Notes under the pieces: generated by a model | The model's database searches: none | The model's input: the letters and a program-made list of their open reading frames with translations, nothing else | Told to the model about the DNA's origin: nothing | In this document: piece by piece, positions 13,081-25,310 of the stretch | How positions within the stretch are numbered: the first letter of the stretch is position 1 | Layout: every line of letters begins with the position of its first letter | NCBI GenBank assembly: GCA_013265495.1 | Contig: MU057507.1 | Location: 26,700 to 83,289, forward strand | Source of the DNA: Vicugna vicugna | Taxonomy: Eukaryota | Length of the DNA stretch: 56,590 nucleotides | Direction: 5' to 3' | Made by a program: the position numbers and the translations under genes

Positions 13081-14356
13081 CAACTCTAGTTGCAGATTGA
13101 TTTTCCTTACACACTATAATTATATTCAGTACCACCTTAGGCACCCTAAATATCCTGAATACCCCTATTACAGGTGGATCTTCCTTAACACAAGCTCAGT
13201 GTATTAATAATCCATATTGGTACAAAGGGTAAATTATGTAGAAATTCTTTCATGTCACAGAAGCATTCTTAATAAGAGTCCTCTGAATAGCCAGTTTCCT
13301 GAGTGGATTTAAAATAGAATTTTATTTACAAAATATAACTTAGCTGTAACCTTTTAGGGACACATTGTCTCTACCGAAAGCAAAGCAGCAAAGATGTCTT
13401 TGTTCTATTCCCTGGCCACAACCTAGAACATCAACTGAACTAAGCTCCTAATTCTGGCCTCACACTTACCCTTAGTTTAGGCCACAACATAGACCAATTG
13501 TTAATCTTATCACACAGCCCAGGCACTAAGACCAGCCAGCCATTTCAAAAATATGTCTCTAAGCGCCAGGGTTAGGGTAGAGGGGCTTGTGGGGACAGGG
13601 GAGTTGCATCTATGACTCACTGCTAACCCATCCGTGCTGCTGGAAAAAGAAAAACTAAATGCACATCCTACTGCTTGTGAGTCAGGAATGTCATTTTCAT
13701 TTATGAAGGATGGAACATTATTTTTCTCTAACATTTTGAGTGAATAACTTTACATACATTTCCCTCCAATTTCCATAGGAATTCGATGCCATGGAAGCAA
13801 TCAGCTACACATCCCCAGAGTCTGGCAGAAACTCTTATTTTTCTTACAGGTACTTTAAGATCAATAGTTCTGAATTCCCCTCCTCCCTCCAATTACATTC
13901 TTGGTGAAACCCACCCTGACTTAGGGATTCAGTGGGAGTTAGGGTCATGTGAATTCCAATGTTATTTTACAGTTTTGGACTAACATTTCCATTAAGTCTT
14001 AAAAGCTGTGTTTCAGAAATTTAGAGAAGCTTCTGCACCATGTCCCCATTGAGAGGTGTTTGCCTCCCACTGTGAGACTCCCAAAGGTAGAATCATCACC
14101 AGTTATGTCAAGGAAGAATGGAAAAGAGAAAAGGAGACGCCCTCTTTTATAACTCTCCAGGACATAGTTTCTGATTCTACTGTAACTATTAGGTAAATAC
14201 ATCTAGTAGAACAAAACAGAAAATTTGTTCCAGAGGAGAAAAGATAGGGCCTCTGAGTTTTATACTATTTGGTATTTCTGGTGCTGTTGCCCTTCTCCGA
14301 TAACATAATACTTTTTCCAACTGGCTGTATTTCTCTTCTTTCTCTAGGTCTAAAGC

Positions 14357-15305
14357 ATGAATCTCACAGATATGGGTAATCTGACCATGATCAAAGAATT
14401 TCTCCTCCTGGGATTTGGGAGTCTCCATGGGTTACAGTTTTTTTCTTTTTGGGATATTTCTGGGAATCTATGTAGTGACCTTGCTAGGGAATATTCTTAT
14501 CCTTACAGTCATTTCCCTTGACCGCAGCCTCCAAACCCCTATGTACTTCTTTCTGTCCAATTTCTCCTTCCTTGAGATCTGGTACGCTACCTCCATTGCC
14601 CCTAAGATGCTGCAGACCCTTCTCTCAGGTCCTGAGGTGATTTCTTTTGTAGGTTGTGTGGCCCAGTTTTACTTCTTCGGGTCAATGGCAGTAGTTGAGT
14701 GTTTTCTACTGGCAGCCATGTCTTATGACCGCTACCTGGCCATCTGCAGCCCCCTCCAGTACTCATCCCTCATCCACACACGTTTCCTGTTTGCAGGTGG
14801 GTCTTGGCTGCGTGGCTTCCTAACCCCTGTGGTCACTGTCACCATGACTTTCCAGTTGCCATTCTGTGCAGCCTATAATATTGACCACTTCTTCCGTGAT
14901 CTTGCCCCAGTGATAGAGCTGGCCTGTTCTGATACTGAGACAGTAGAGAAAACCACTTTCATCCTGGCCTCCTTCATTACCATGGTGCCCTTCCTACTCA
15001 CTGTAGCCTCCTATATCCACATTGTTGCTGCTGTCTTCAAGATTTCATCAACTGCAGGAAAGCAACAGGCCTTCTCCACCTGCTCCTCCCACCTCATAGT
15101 GGTAACTCTGTACTATGGAACACTGGGAACAGTGTATGCCATTCCCACAGCAACCCAGGCTGCTGCCCTTAACAAGATCTTCTCCATGCTCTACACTGTG
15201 GTCACTCCCATGGTCAACCCCATTGTGTACAGCCTGAGAAACAAAGATGTTAAAAATGCAGTAAGGAGGCTCATGAGTCAATGGGCATATACTAAGGAAA
15301 CCTAA
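14357..15305 (+). pseudogene. Olfactory receptor pseudogene, class II, family 11-like
   Basis: ATG 14357 (or 14372) MNLTDMGNLTMIKEFLLLGFGSLHGLQFF, then an extra T in the T7 run 14438-14444; downstream frame has GN, LQTPMYFFL, PKML, MSYDRYLAICSPL, AFSTCSSHL, PMVNPIVYSLRNKDV; HFFCD is changed to HFFRD (14895); splice acceptor ttctcttctttctctAG ends at 14347. Confidence 0.9.
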
Positions 15306-15604
15306 TGGCCATCACCATCCCCAGAGAATCTTTTTTCTTGGAGCAGCCTGGGCTTCTGTGAAGGAACTCAAGCACTAGGCTGAGTATTTAGGGGCTCAGA
15401 CCACTGCTTCCGTCCAGGGAAATAACCAGCAGAGGAGGGACCTTCCCTCAGTTCCTACAGCCTAATGCCCTTGAGACTTTCAGGTTAATCCTTGCGTGGT
15501 AAAATTAAGCTTGCCAGACAAATGTGACTCTGTCTGGCTATTCTACCATATTTAGATGTCTTTTAGGGGAAAATTCAAGACCCAAGTTTGCTTGTCACAA
15601 AAGT

Positions 15605-15780
15605 ATCTCTCTGTCTCTGTCTCTGTCCCTGTCTCTTTCTCTCTTTCTCTCTGTTATAGAAATATATGTTGGTGCTAAGGCTTTTTATTTCATTATGTGC
15701 ATGTGCCCAATGTGCTTATGTGTACACATGCACACACACATACACACCACTACATACATGCATAGTCACCATACCCATTC
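15605..15780. repeat. (CT/CTGT)n and (CA)-rich low-complexity tracts
   Basis: ctctctgtctctgtctctgtccctgtctc...; cacacacacatacacacc. Confidence 0.8.
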
Positions 15781-16495
15781 AAACTTAGGGGCCCTTCACT
15801 GTGCCTCTTCTCATGGTTCATGCACACTTACCTCACCTTCTGTTGTTCCACTCACTTGAACAGTTAATTAATCAAGCCCTTTGAAGACTGAAGTAACATC
15901 ATCCTTATTCCTCTTAATGTCCCCTATCATGTTGCTCTGCACAGGTGCAAAATAATTATTTGTTGATTGAATGAATCAATAACTACTCAAAGCAATGGAT
16001 GTTTGGTGGACGAAGAGAGTAAAGTAAGTCACTTTTTTCTACCTACACTGGCCCCTCCTCCCCAGCTTCCTCCTCCTGGTCATAGACACCCCCAGCTCCC
16101 TCCACAGGCAGCTCTGACTGAGTCCCCTAACCTTGCTCCTTTCCATGCCCCCTCAACCACCCTCCAAACAGTGGCCAGATGTATCTTCTAAAACCAAAAC
16201 TTAACCCTATCCTCTCCATGTTTATAACTCTCCATGGTTCTCCAGTGCCCCCGGGATGGAGTCAGACTCCTCAGCTTGACTTGTGGCTACCTATTGAGCT
16301 CACCCCTCGCCAGTCTCCTTCTCCTCCTTTATGCTCTAGCCACACCAGAATCCTCAAATAGAGTTGGAAACTCCTTAAAGGGAAGATCATATGCACACCA
16401 TCTCTCTCCCACAGAATCTAGATCCAAAGTGGGATAAAAAAAAATAGCTCAAATAGGCTACAAATAAGTTCAAATAAGACATCTTCAATTGAATT

Positions 16496-18955
16496 TGTTT
16501 TTAGTGAGTTATAGTCAGTTTACAATGTTGTGTCAATTTCCAGTGTAGAACACAATTTTTCAGTTAACATGAACATACATATATTCATTGTCGCATTCTT
16601 TTTTGCTGTGAATTACCACCAGATCTTGTATAAATTTCCCTGTGCTATACAGTATAATTTTGTTTATCTATTCTACATATGTTTGTTAGTGTCTACAAAT
16701 TTCGAACTCCCAGTCTGTCCCTTCCCATCCCCCTCCCCCCTGGCAACCACAAGTTTGTATTCTATGTCTAAGAGTCTGTTTCTGTTTTGTATTTATCTTT
16801 TGTTTTGTTTTGTTTTTGATTCCACATATTAGTGATCTCATATGGTATTTTTCTTTCTCTTTCTGGCTTACTTCACTTAGAATGACATTCTCCAGGAACA
16901 TCCATGTTGCTGCAAATGGCGTCATGGTGTCGGTTTTTATGGCTAAATAGTATTCCATTGTATAAACATACCACTTCTTCTTTATCCATCATCTGTCGAT
17001 GGACATTTGGGCTGTTTCCATGTCTTGGCTATTGTAAATAGTGCTGCTATGAACATTGGGGTGGAGGTGTCATCCTGAAGTAGATTTCCTTCTGGATACA
17101 AGCCCAGGAGTGGGATTCCTGGGTCATATGGTAAGTCTATTGCTAGTCTTTTGAGGAATCTCCATACTGTTCTCCATAGTGGCTGCACCAAACTGCATTC
17201 CCATCAGCAGTGTAGGAGGGTTCCCTTTTCTCCACAGCCTCTCCAGCATTTGTCATTTGTGGACTTTTGAATGATGGAAATTCTGGCTGATGTGAAGTGA
17301 TACCTCATTGTAGTTTTGATTTGCATTTCTCTGATAATTAGTGATATTGAGCAGTTTTTCATGTGCTTTTTGATCATTTGTATGTCTTCCTTGGAGAATT
17401 GCTTGTTTAGGTCTTCTGCCCATTTTTGGATTGGGTTGTTTGTTTTTTCTTTTTAAGTCATATGAGCTGCTTATATATTCTGGAGATCAAGCCTTTGTCG
17501 GTTTCCTCGTTTGCAAAACTTTTCTCCCATTCCGTAGGTTGTCTTTTTGTGTTACTTATGGTTTCCTTTGCTGTGCAGAAGCTTGTAAGTTTCATTAGGT
17601 CTCATTTGTTTATTCTTGCTTTTATTTCTATTGCATGGGTAGACTCCCCTATGAGAACATTTCTGAGATGTATGTGAGATACTGTTTTGCCTAGGTTTTC
17701 TTCTAGGAGGTTTATTTATTGTATCTTGTCTGATGTTTAAGTCTTTGATCCATTTGAGTTTATTTTTGTGTATGGTGTAAGGGAGTGTTCTAGCTTCATT
17801 GATTTACATGCTGCTGTCCAGTTTTCCCAACACCATTTGCTGAAGAGACTGTCTTTATTCCATTGTATATTCTTGCCTCCTTTGTCGAAGATGAGTTGAC
17901 CAAAAGTTTGTGGGTTCATTTCTGGGCTCTCTATTCTGTTCCATTGGTCTATATGTCTGTTTTGGTACCAATACCATGCTGTCTTGATGACTGTAGCTCT
18001 ATAGTATTGTCTGAAGTCTGGGAGAGTTATTCCTCCAGCCTCTTTCTTTCTCTTCAGTAATGCTTTAGCAATTCTAGGTCTTTGATGGTTCCATATAAAT
18101 TTTATTATGATTTGTTCTAGTTCTGTGAAATATGTCCTGGGTAATTGGATAGGGATTGCACTAAATCTGTAGATTGCCTTGGGCAGTATGACCATTTTAA
18201 CAATATTGATTCTTCCAATCCAAGATCATGGGATATCTTTCCATTTTTTAAGTCTTCTTTAATTTCCTTAATCAGTGTTTTATTGTTCTCTGTGTATAAG
18301 TCTTTCACCTCTTTGGTTAGATTTAATCCTAGGTATTTTATTACTTTGGGTGCTATTTTAAAGGGGATTGTTTCTTTACTTTCTTTTTCTGTTGATTTAT
18401 CGTTAGTGTAAAGAAATGCAACTGATTTTTGAACATTAATTTTGTAACCTGCTACCTTGCTGAATTCTTTGATCAGCTCTAGTAGTTTTTGTGTGGACCT
18501 TTTAGGGTTTTCTGCATATAGTAACATGTCGTTGGCACATAGTGACATTTTTACCTCTTCTTTTCCAATTTGGATCCCTTTTATTTCTCTCTCTTGTCTC
18601 ATTGCTGTGGCTAGGACTTCCAAGACTATGTTGAGTAGGAGTGGTGATAGTGGGCAGCTTTGTCTTGTCCCAGATTTTAGTGGGAAGCTTTTGAGTTTTT
18701 CACCGTTGAGAACTATGCTGGCTATAGGTTTGTCATATATAGCTTTTATTATGTTGAGATATGTTCCCTCTATACCCACTTTGGCGAGAGTTTTTATCAT
18801 AAATGGGTGTTGAATTTTGTCAAATGCTTTTTCTGCATTGATTGAGATGATCATGTGGGTTTTGTCCTTTGTTTTGTTGACGTGATGTATTACATTGATT
18901 GATTTGCATATGTTGAACCACCTTTGTGTCCCTGGGATGAAACCCACTTGATCAT
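16496..18955 (-). mobile_element. 5'-truncated young L1 (~2.46 kb; RT domain to poly-A) with target-site duplication
   Basis: ORF2 fragments 18117-18947 ([30 protein letters not shown]), 17737-18195, 16982-17191, 16686-16958 in shifted frames; TSD taagacatcttcaattgaatt 16475-16495 vs taagacatattcagttaaatt 18956-18976. Confidence 0.97.
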
Positions 18956-19093
18956 TAAGACATATTCAGTTAAATTGTAATGCAACCCCCAACTTTCTTT
19001 CCTCTTTGTTTCCATTTATGTGCTTCTGACCTATGAAGAACTTTGACCTGATGAAAGGTAATCTTTATTGGCTGTCAGTGATGTGAATGAGTA

Positions 19094-19125
<32 letters not shown>

Positions 19126-19130
19126 TGTGT
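19094..19130. repeat. (TG)n microsatellite
   Basis: Directly visible. Confidence 0.95.
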
Positions 19131-19589
19131 ATTTACCTCATTCCACTGGTAACAATGGTAGACTCCTCCCCCCAAAAAAGCCTCTTCCTATAACTTGAGT
19201 CAAAGAATGCCAAGCAGTGTGGGAAACACTTTCTCAGCTGGTTTTTCCTACACCCTTCCTAACCACCCACAGAGTTCCCTCTTGCATAGGCTCTAATTGT
19301 CTCTAATCTAGTTTTAACTTCTTGTAATTACCCTCAGTTAAGAAATAGAGCCTGCAGAACACACTCCTTGTGGTTAAGATGTGGATCCAGAGTAGAAGTG
19401 TAATTACTTTTCAGCCTTTCAGGAACTCTTCCTAGCCTTCTGTGCTGATCTACAGAATGGAAATGCTTCATCTGCTCCATCCGTACGTGTCTTTCTTTTT
19501 TTCTTGAGTCTAGGTTTGTGATATAGGTCAAGGGCTCTGTTTGGTGTGTTGGCCATTGGGAAATTTCTAAAAATCTGCTAGTGTAAGGT

Positions 19590-20160
19590 CTACTGAGCTT
19601 AGAAAACTTCAATGACTTCCTATTGCTCTTAGGGTCAAGTCCAAATGCCCTGTGGATGTGACCAACATTACTTGTCATAATACCCAAGGACATGTAGCCC
19701 ATCTAGAGCCTGTCCACAGCCAAAAAGATATAACTCTTTCCTTGATCTCCAGTCTAATGCTTTGTTGCTTTGTTGTTCTCTGAACTCCTTTCCTCCCTGG
19801 ATGTCTTTATGTTCCTCAAATCTAATTGCCCCCTTGTAACTTTCACACATACTGTTTTTTCCCCTCCCTCACTCCACTTTACACCTGGCTCATTCTTTGG
19901 GTTCCACTCGGTCTTTTTATCATACCTTCTTAGAGCACTCTGGCTTTTTCACTTTTTCATTTTAAATTTCTCACAATTGTATTTGAACATTCTGTGTGAC
20001 ATATAATATAGATATAGATATATATCCTCTATGTGGACTATAAACTTCACAAAGGCAGGATCTGTGTTTTGTTTGACCACTACATCCCTAGTACCCAGCA
20101 AAGAGCTTAACAGAGAATAATTGTTCAATAAATACTTGTTAATAAAAGAATGAAAAAGAG
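19590..20160 (+). mobile_element. L2 3' fragment
   Basis: aaaacttcaatgacttcctattgctcttagg...ggcaggatctgtgttttgtttg...gttcaataaatacttgttaataaaagaatg. Confidence 0.75.
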
Positions 20161-21388
20161 CCATCTAAAGTTATTTCATTTATTTGATAAAGTATTATGT
20201 TGTTTTCACTCAAGATTCAGTTATTTAATCTTCTTGTGCCCATTAGTTTCACTCGGTTCCCCAAACCACAGTGTACCTCCTTATTCTCTGCCTATCATCA
20301 CACAAATGTGTGTAGTGCCCCTGAGAGAATGGAGGAGGGAGGAGCTCAAGACAGCTCATTCCTGCTAGTGAGGAACATATCAAAGTGCATGTCCTGCTCA
20401 CAGTGATAGTACAGCCTCCCTGCGGAACACAAAAAGCAATACTTTTTTTTATTGTGGTGCTTTGGTTGCTACACTGCTTCTGCAATGTGAATAGATTTTC
20501 TCTATTCAGTGAAACATTATGATAATGATTAGACACAGTAATTAATAGCAAAATCAGATTAGATTTTCATGTCTCTGTACAAGCCAAAGAGAAATTATCC
20601 CCATTAACCTGATCAGTACAAACTGTCATACTAGATTAGAAGAGCTCCAGCTCCAATTTGTACCTTAACCCTCACTGCTTTGGCCAGATGGCTTGCTTGT
20701 ACCTCCATGGCTGCCTAGGAAAGAGGGAAAAGAAATCTGGAATGGGCAATTCAGGGGTGAGGAGAGGCAACATGGGCTTCAGTCTTGCCCTAAAGGAAGT
20801 TTGTCAGCAGTATGTTCCACAATATCAGAAACCCATCTATGTTAATATTTCTATACAAAGGGGCCAGGCTAGGAAGCAGGGAAGGCTACATGGTTCTCAG
20901 GGCAGTGGCATTAATTGTGAAAGGTTATTATGGTGTTCCAGAAGAGAGAGAACCTAGAGACAAATTTCAGAACTTTTAGAGCAGAGGACTACCAAGAGTT
21001 AGAAAAGTATCAGGAACTCAGACAAATGAATTGGGGCTCAAAATGGGATTCAAAGGTTAATTTTAGTATAAACCAAGAGTAGAAGCAAAAAATATTTAGG
21101 GCATTCTGGCAGGGGGCTCCAAGATTCCTAAACTTTAACCCATTATCTGTTTCTTCTGCTTCTCAGGCTCCATAGCCTCTTCAAGTTTATCTTCTATGCC
21201 CAACTTCATCTGTAGTGCAAGATTGCTGCTGGCATAAATATGAACAAAGACACAAGCAAAGTGGGGACATAGTGTCTGGTCCCACTACTCTTCTAGCTGG
21301 TCAAGATTGGGGTTTAATAAAGCTGATATCAAACTGTGTTTCACAGAACCACTAAATAGGAGGGATTGTGTGACAAGCCCATTAGAAT

Positions 21389-22913
21389 TTATATATCTAA
21401 ATGAGCGTCATCCCCTTCACAGAAGTCCACTGGGGAAACTATACACTTATTCCATTGATGCAAAAAACAAAGTCATTGGAACTTATTTTTGAGTATTTTC
21501 TTTAGGGTCTTCGATATGTTCTTTTGGATTTCTTCAGCTAAGGTTAACGTTCATCTTTTCAGGATGGATTTACATTCTACAAATGGCCAAAAGTCTCTTT
21601 GAGTTTGTTCTAACAAATAACTATGGAGATTAAGTTGAGTGATATCACTCAAATAATTTGAATTCTTTAACTAGTGTTCTTATAGTTACAACCATTAAAT
21701 GTTGTCCAAGCCCATGGACTAAATCAGAGATGGCGAGAATCTAAAGATCAGACAGACCAGTTGGACTTACCTAAGCTCTGAGAAGGGCCTAAATAAACTC
21801 AAGCAAGTAACCAAAGTGTCACAGAGACCTGGCAGTGGCAATAGTAGAGATCAAGGCAAGAAATAGGCAGAAGGAATTCAGGAGTCCCAAGAGCAGATAG
21901 AATTAAAGTATTAAAGTAAGGATTAGAAAGGCCTGAAGAGAAGCAAATCAGAATCCGACTCTCAGGGTAAATGGATTATCAATTGAGGAACCAAAGAAGA
22001 AATTTGGATTCTAGAAGAAGTTATAGGAAATTAAGCAGGAACCCCAATAAAATTATGGGAAGAAAAAGTCAGAGTAAACCTGAATTTCTAATATTTCCCC
22101 TGTGCAAAACTAAGATTGTTCCAAGAGCCAAGATTAGAGCTGAACCCACAGGGATTTTTGAATGCCCTTAGGCACAACTAAAATTGTAAAAATTGTCAGC
22201 CACAGCACTGTCATGGTGAAGAAGCCTGTCACATAATTCCAGTAGTACTTTAGAATGTCTATCCTACTAGCCTGACTGCCGGCCTTTTGAGAATTGAATT
22301 CTACATGGACAGTACCATCATTGTTGTCAGAATAGCACAAATCCATTATCCTCATGTGTAGTTGGATTCTGCAGCCATTTTGGAATCTCTGGCATGCTGA
22401 AGTTTGCCTCTGAGGTTTCTAGCACTTTCGCTTTTTGGTCATACCAGAAAAGATACCTTCCACCCTGGTTACTATGCTGCTTGAGAACACCTTGTTTTGT
22501 TGAAATTCCTTTGATAGTTCAAAACAAATGTCAAGTCCTTCCTGTTTCCATTCATCATTCAAAATGCACTGACATTTCAGAAATTTTGCTTGTGGTTAAG
22601 GATTCTTCCAGAAAGTTAGCTTCTCCATCCAAATTGGATTCCCAGACATCATTCTTACAGTTGCAAGGCATTAAGAAATTTAACAAAGCAGAAGTTTTAC
22701 TTTTTCAATATTTCCATCAGGGTCCCATCAATGACTAGATGATCAATTCGCACATTATAATAGACACCTTTCCTAAACCTTTTTTGACAGTCCCAATTCT
22801 TGCTCTTGATACTATTCATCCCTTGATAATATCTTTTAACACAAAAACTATCTCACAAATTCATTTCACATAGTATTGATATTGATCCTTTTCTCTAAAC
22901 AATAGCCACTCAT
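21389..22913 (-). mobile_element. Decayed Tc1/mariner (mariner) transposase fossil, near full length, split by a ~0.5 kb insertion
   Basis: Manual minus-strand translation across frameshifts gives colinear motifs: MSGYCLEKRINI (ATG 22913), QKRFRKG, GNIEKVKLL, TVRMMS...NLDGE, SSIVT...WYDQKAK, GTVHVEF, RLLHHDSAVA, DFWPF...KSILK, HQWNKCIVSPVDFCEGDD, stop at 21389-21391. Confidence 0.8.
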
Positions 22914-23319
22914 TTTTTTTTCAGTGACATGAAAATAGCATGCATTCCACCACCAATGCTAGGTAGTACAAGTCTGATTTGCTTACGCTGACAACTTTGT
23001 TCCTGAAAGTTAAAACATGTTGCCAGTTTGGCCTTGATCACAGTTCCAAACACTGAGTAACAACTTCCCTTTGGCTGTGTAGATGTAGACTCAAGAATGA
23101 TTACTCAAAAAATTAGGACACTTATTTTGTCCTTTCTCTTTCATATACTTTGTAAACATCATCCCAGCCAAAACTAGCTGAAAGTCATTGCCCTATGGGC
23201 TTGGAGGTAGGTAAGTAGAGCTTAGGAGGGCCATTTAGCATGAATCTCAGCTTGGTTACTGACACATACCTGTTATAGCACCTCAGAATATTTGTCTTAT
23301 CCTGTCTCTTGAGGAACTA

Positions 23320-23540
23320 CAGTGTATGGTAGTGGTTAAGATAGCAGGCTGTGGAATGGGTTTGAAACCTAAGTTGATCATTCACTACTTTGGTTAGGTG
23401 AATCACTTTCACCGAATTGCAGTTTCCTTATTTACACAATTAAAATACCCACCTGAAAAGTTCACAAGGCTTAAATGAAAAAAGATATGTAAAACACTTA
23501 GCATGATACCTAGCACATATTGAGCTCTCTACTATTAATT
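23320..23540 (+). mobile_element. MIR SINE
   Basis: gtagtggttaagatagcaggctgtgga...cagtttccttattt...atgtaaaacacttagcatgatacctagcacat. Confidence 0.75.
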
Positions 23541-24744
23541 GACAGGAAGACCAGTCTGACTTAGTTAAAAGGCAGAATATCTTTCAAAGCTATAAAATAA
23601 CACCTCTACTAATATTGACTCTTCTTGTTCAGAAACTTCCTTCACAGAGTAATATCAGAAACATATTCCATTCCAGCCATGCTCCAAGGGGAGGCTGTGA
23701 CTCTCAGGCTTGTGGGATATATCTCTGTTTCCTTGGAACAGGACCCAATATCAGTTATTCTTGAGCTAAAGGCACTGCAGACCTTTAACTTCCCCACTAA
23801 AATGGACTTAGCTCTCTCTTTTCTTCAGCTGCCACTATCACTAGCCAAGGACCGAGAGCTTTCATTAATTTTCTATGTCTCTATGTCTCTATGAACCAGG
23901 CTGACTTTATTCAAATGAACTTTCTCCTCAATGAATCGATTAATTTAGGTATCACTGTTTGTTATTGTTACTTTCAAATATACACAGTGAATTGTATTAC
24001 CCAATAGTTGGCTTAATGGGATCCATATTAATAAACAGATATAGTCAAGTTTGATGTGCAAATGACACTTGCATTGCCCATGTGATTCTGTTTAAGATAT
24101 TAATTTACCAAACATGTCCTTTCTCTTTGTAGCTGGTGAAATGATAAACTTCAAAACCTAGTTTATAAATGAGACAGTCCCATATTATGAATTAGTGAAG
24201 TCCAAATTAATGAGGTTTAGTTTATCTATATTAACTCTAACTGCAATGATATATCACTTACCTGAAGGTTCCCTTCCTAGAAACCATAATTGTCTAGTAC
24301 TCTTAGAGCTAAACTCTAAGAATTAACCTTTAAAAACCTGAGAACAGCCAAAAGAGATGATACAAAAGCTATACAACAATGCACTATACACTCATGCAGA
24401 GTACTTACAGAAAAACTCCTGAGGCTCTGAATTTTACTTTATACACAATTGTAACTTAGCTTGGTTTCTGAACCTAGGTTAGAATAGAAAATGTCAAAGG
24501 GCTACTGAAGGCAAAAACAATATTATCAGCAAGCAAAAACTTTGGAAAAAAGACAGGATACTTCTTTAAAAATAGACAACCAGGGGCCATTTGTTGGATG
24601 ATTAAACAGTCTGATACACTCCAAGGTAGCTCCTAAGGACATCCCTTATATCCAAGCCCAACTCAATGATTAGTGTCTATAAAAATGGCCTGGAATCAAC
24701 CTGAAAAGGGCAAATTGTGTCAAGTTCACTTGGCATGGAAAGAT

Positions 24745-24990
24745 AGGGATGGACAAAATAGGTGAAGGAGATTAAGAGATAAAAACTTCCAGCTTTAAAA
24801 TAAACACATTATGGGGATTCTATGTACACATAGGGAATGTAGTTGATAATATTGTAACAACCTTCTATGGTGATGGATGGTAACTGGTCTCATTGCGGTG
24901 ATCATTTCATAATGTATAAAAATATCAAATCACTATGATGTACACCTGAAACTAATATGTGTTAATTATAAATCAATTTTTAAAATATAA
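24745..24990 (+). mobile_element. L1 3' UTR fragment (L1MA9-like)
   Basis: ggtgatcatttcataatgtataaaaatatcaaatcactatgatgtacacctgaaactaat. Confidence 0.85.
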
Positions 24991-25310
24991 AGACATCCAT
25001 CTGAAACAATTACAATGAAAAAGACTTGGCCACTGCAAGTACACTTCTATTATTTGGGACATTCACTTGCAAACATGTCCTTGCCAGCCAATGCCAAACA
25101 GATCAGGTGTTAAGGTATCTGCCAACCAAGGCATGTCACAGTAGGTTCTGCCAACCTGATTTCAATGAACAGGTAAAGTTTTTTGATGAGCACATAGTGT
25201 ATATGTAAATAAAGCAGATGCTGGTGAAATTTTTCTCTCCCCTTCCTGAGGTGGTACACATGTGAACATCACCAGTATAAATGGTGTCCCAGTTATTTAC
25301 AAGTTTGAGT

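Noticed and set aside
14415..15305. 296-aa ORF as an intact OR gene
   Set aside because: It starts at TTG, and the true OR N-terminus (N-glycosylation site, EFLLLGF) lies in another frame from 14357.
16441..16480. caaata(a)g short tandem repeat as a CRISPR-like or regulatory array
   Set aside because: Units are ~10 bp with no spacers in a mammalian context; it is a degenerate minisatellite beside an L1 TSD.
17426..18813. Several + strand hydrophobic ORFs
   Set aside because: They are antisense frames of L1 ORF2.
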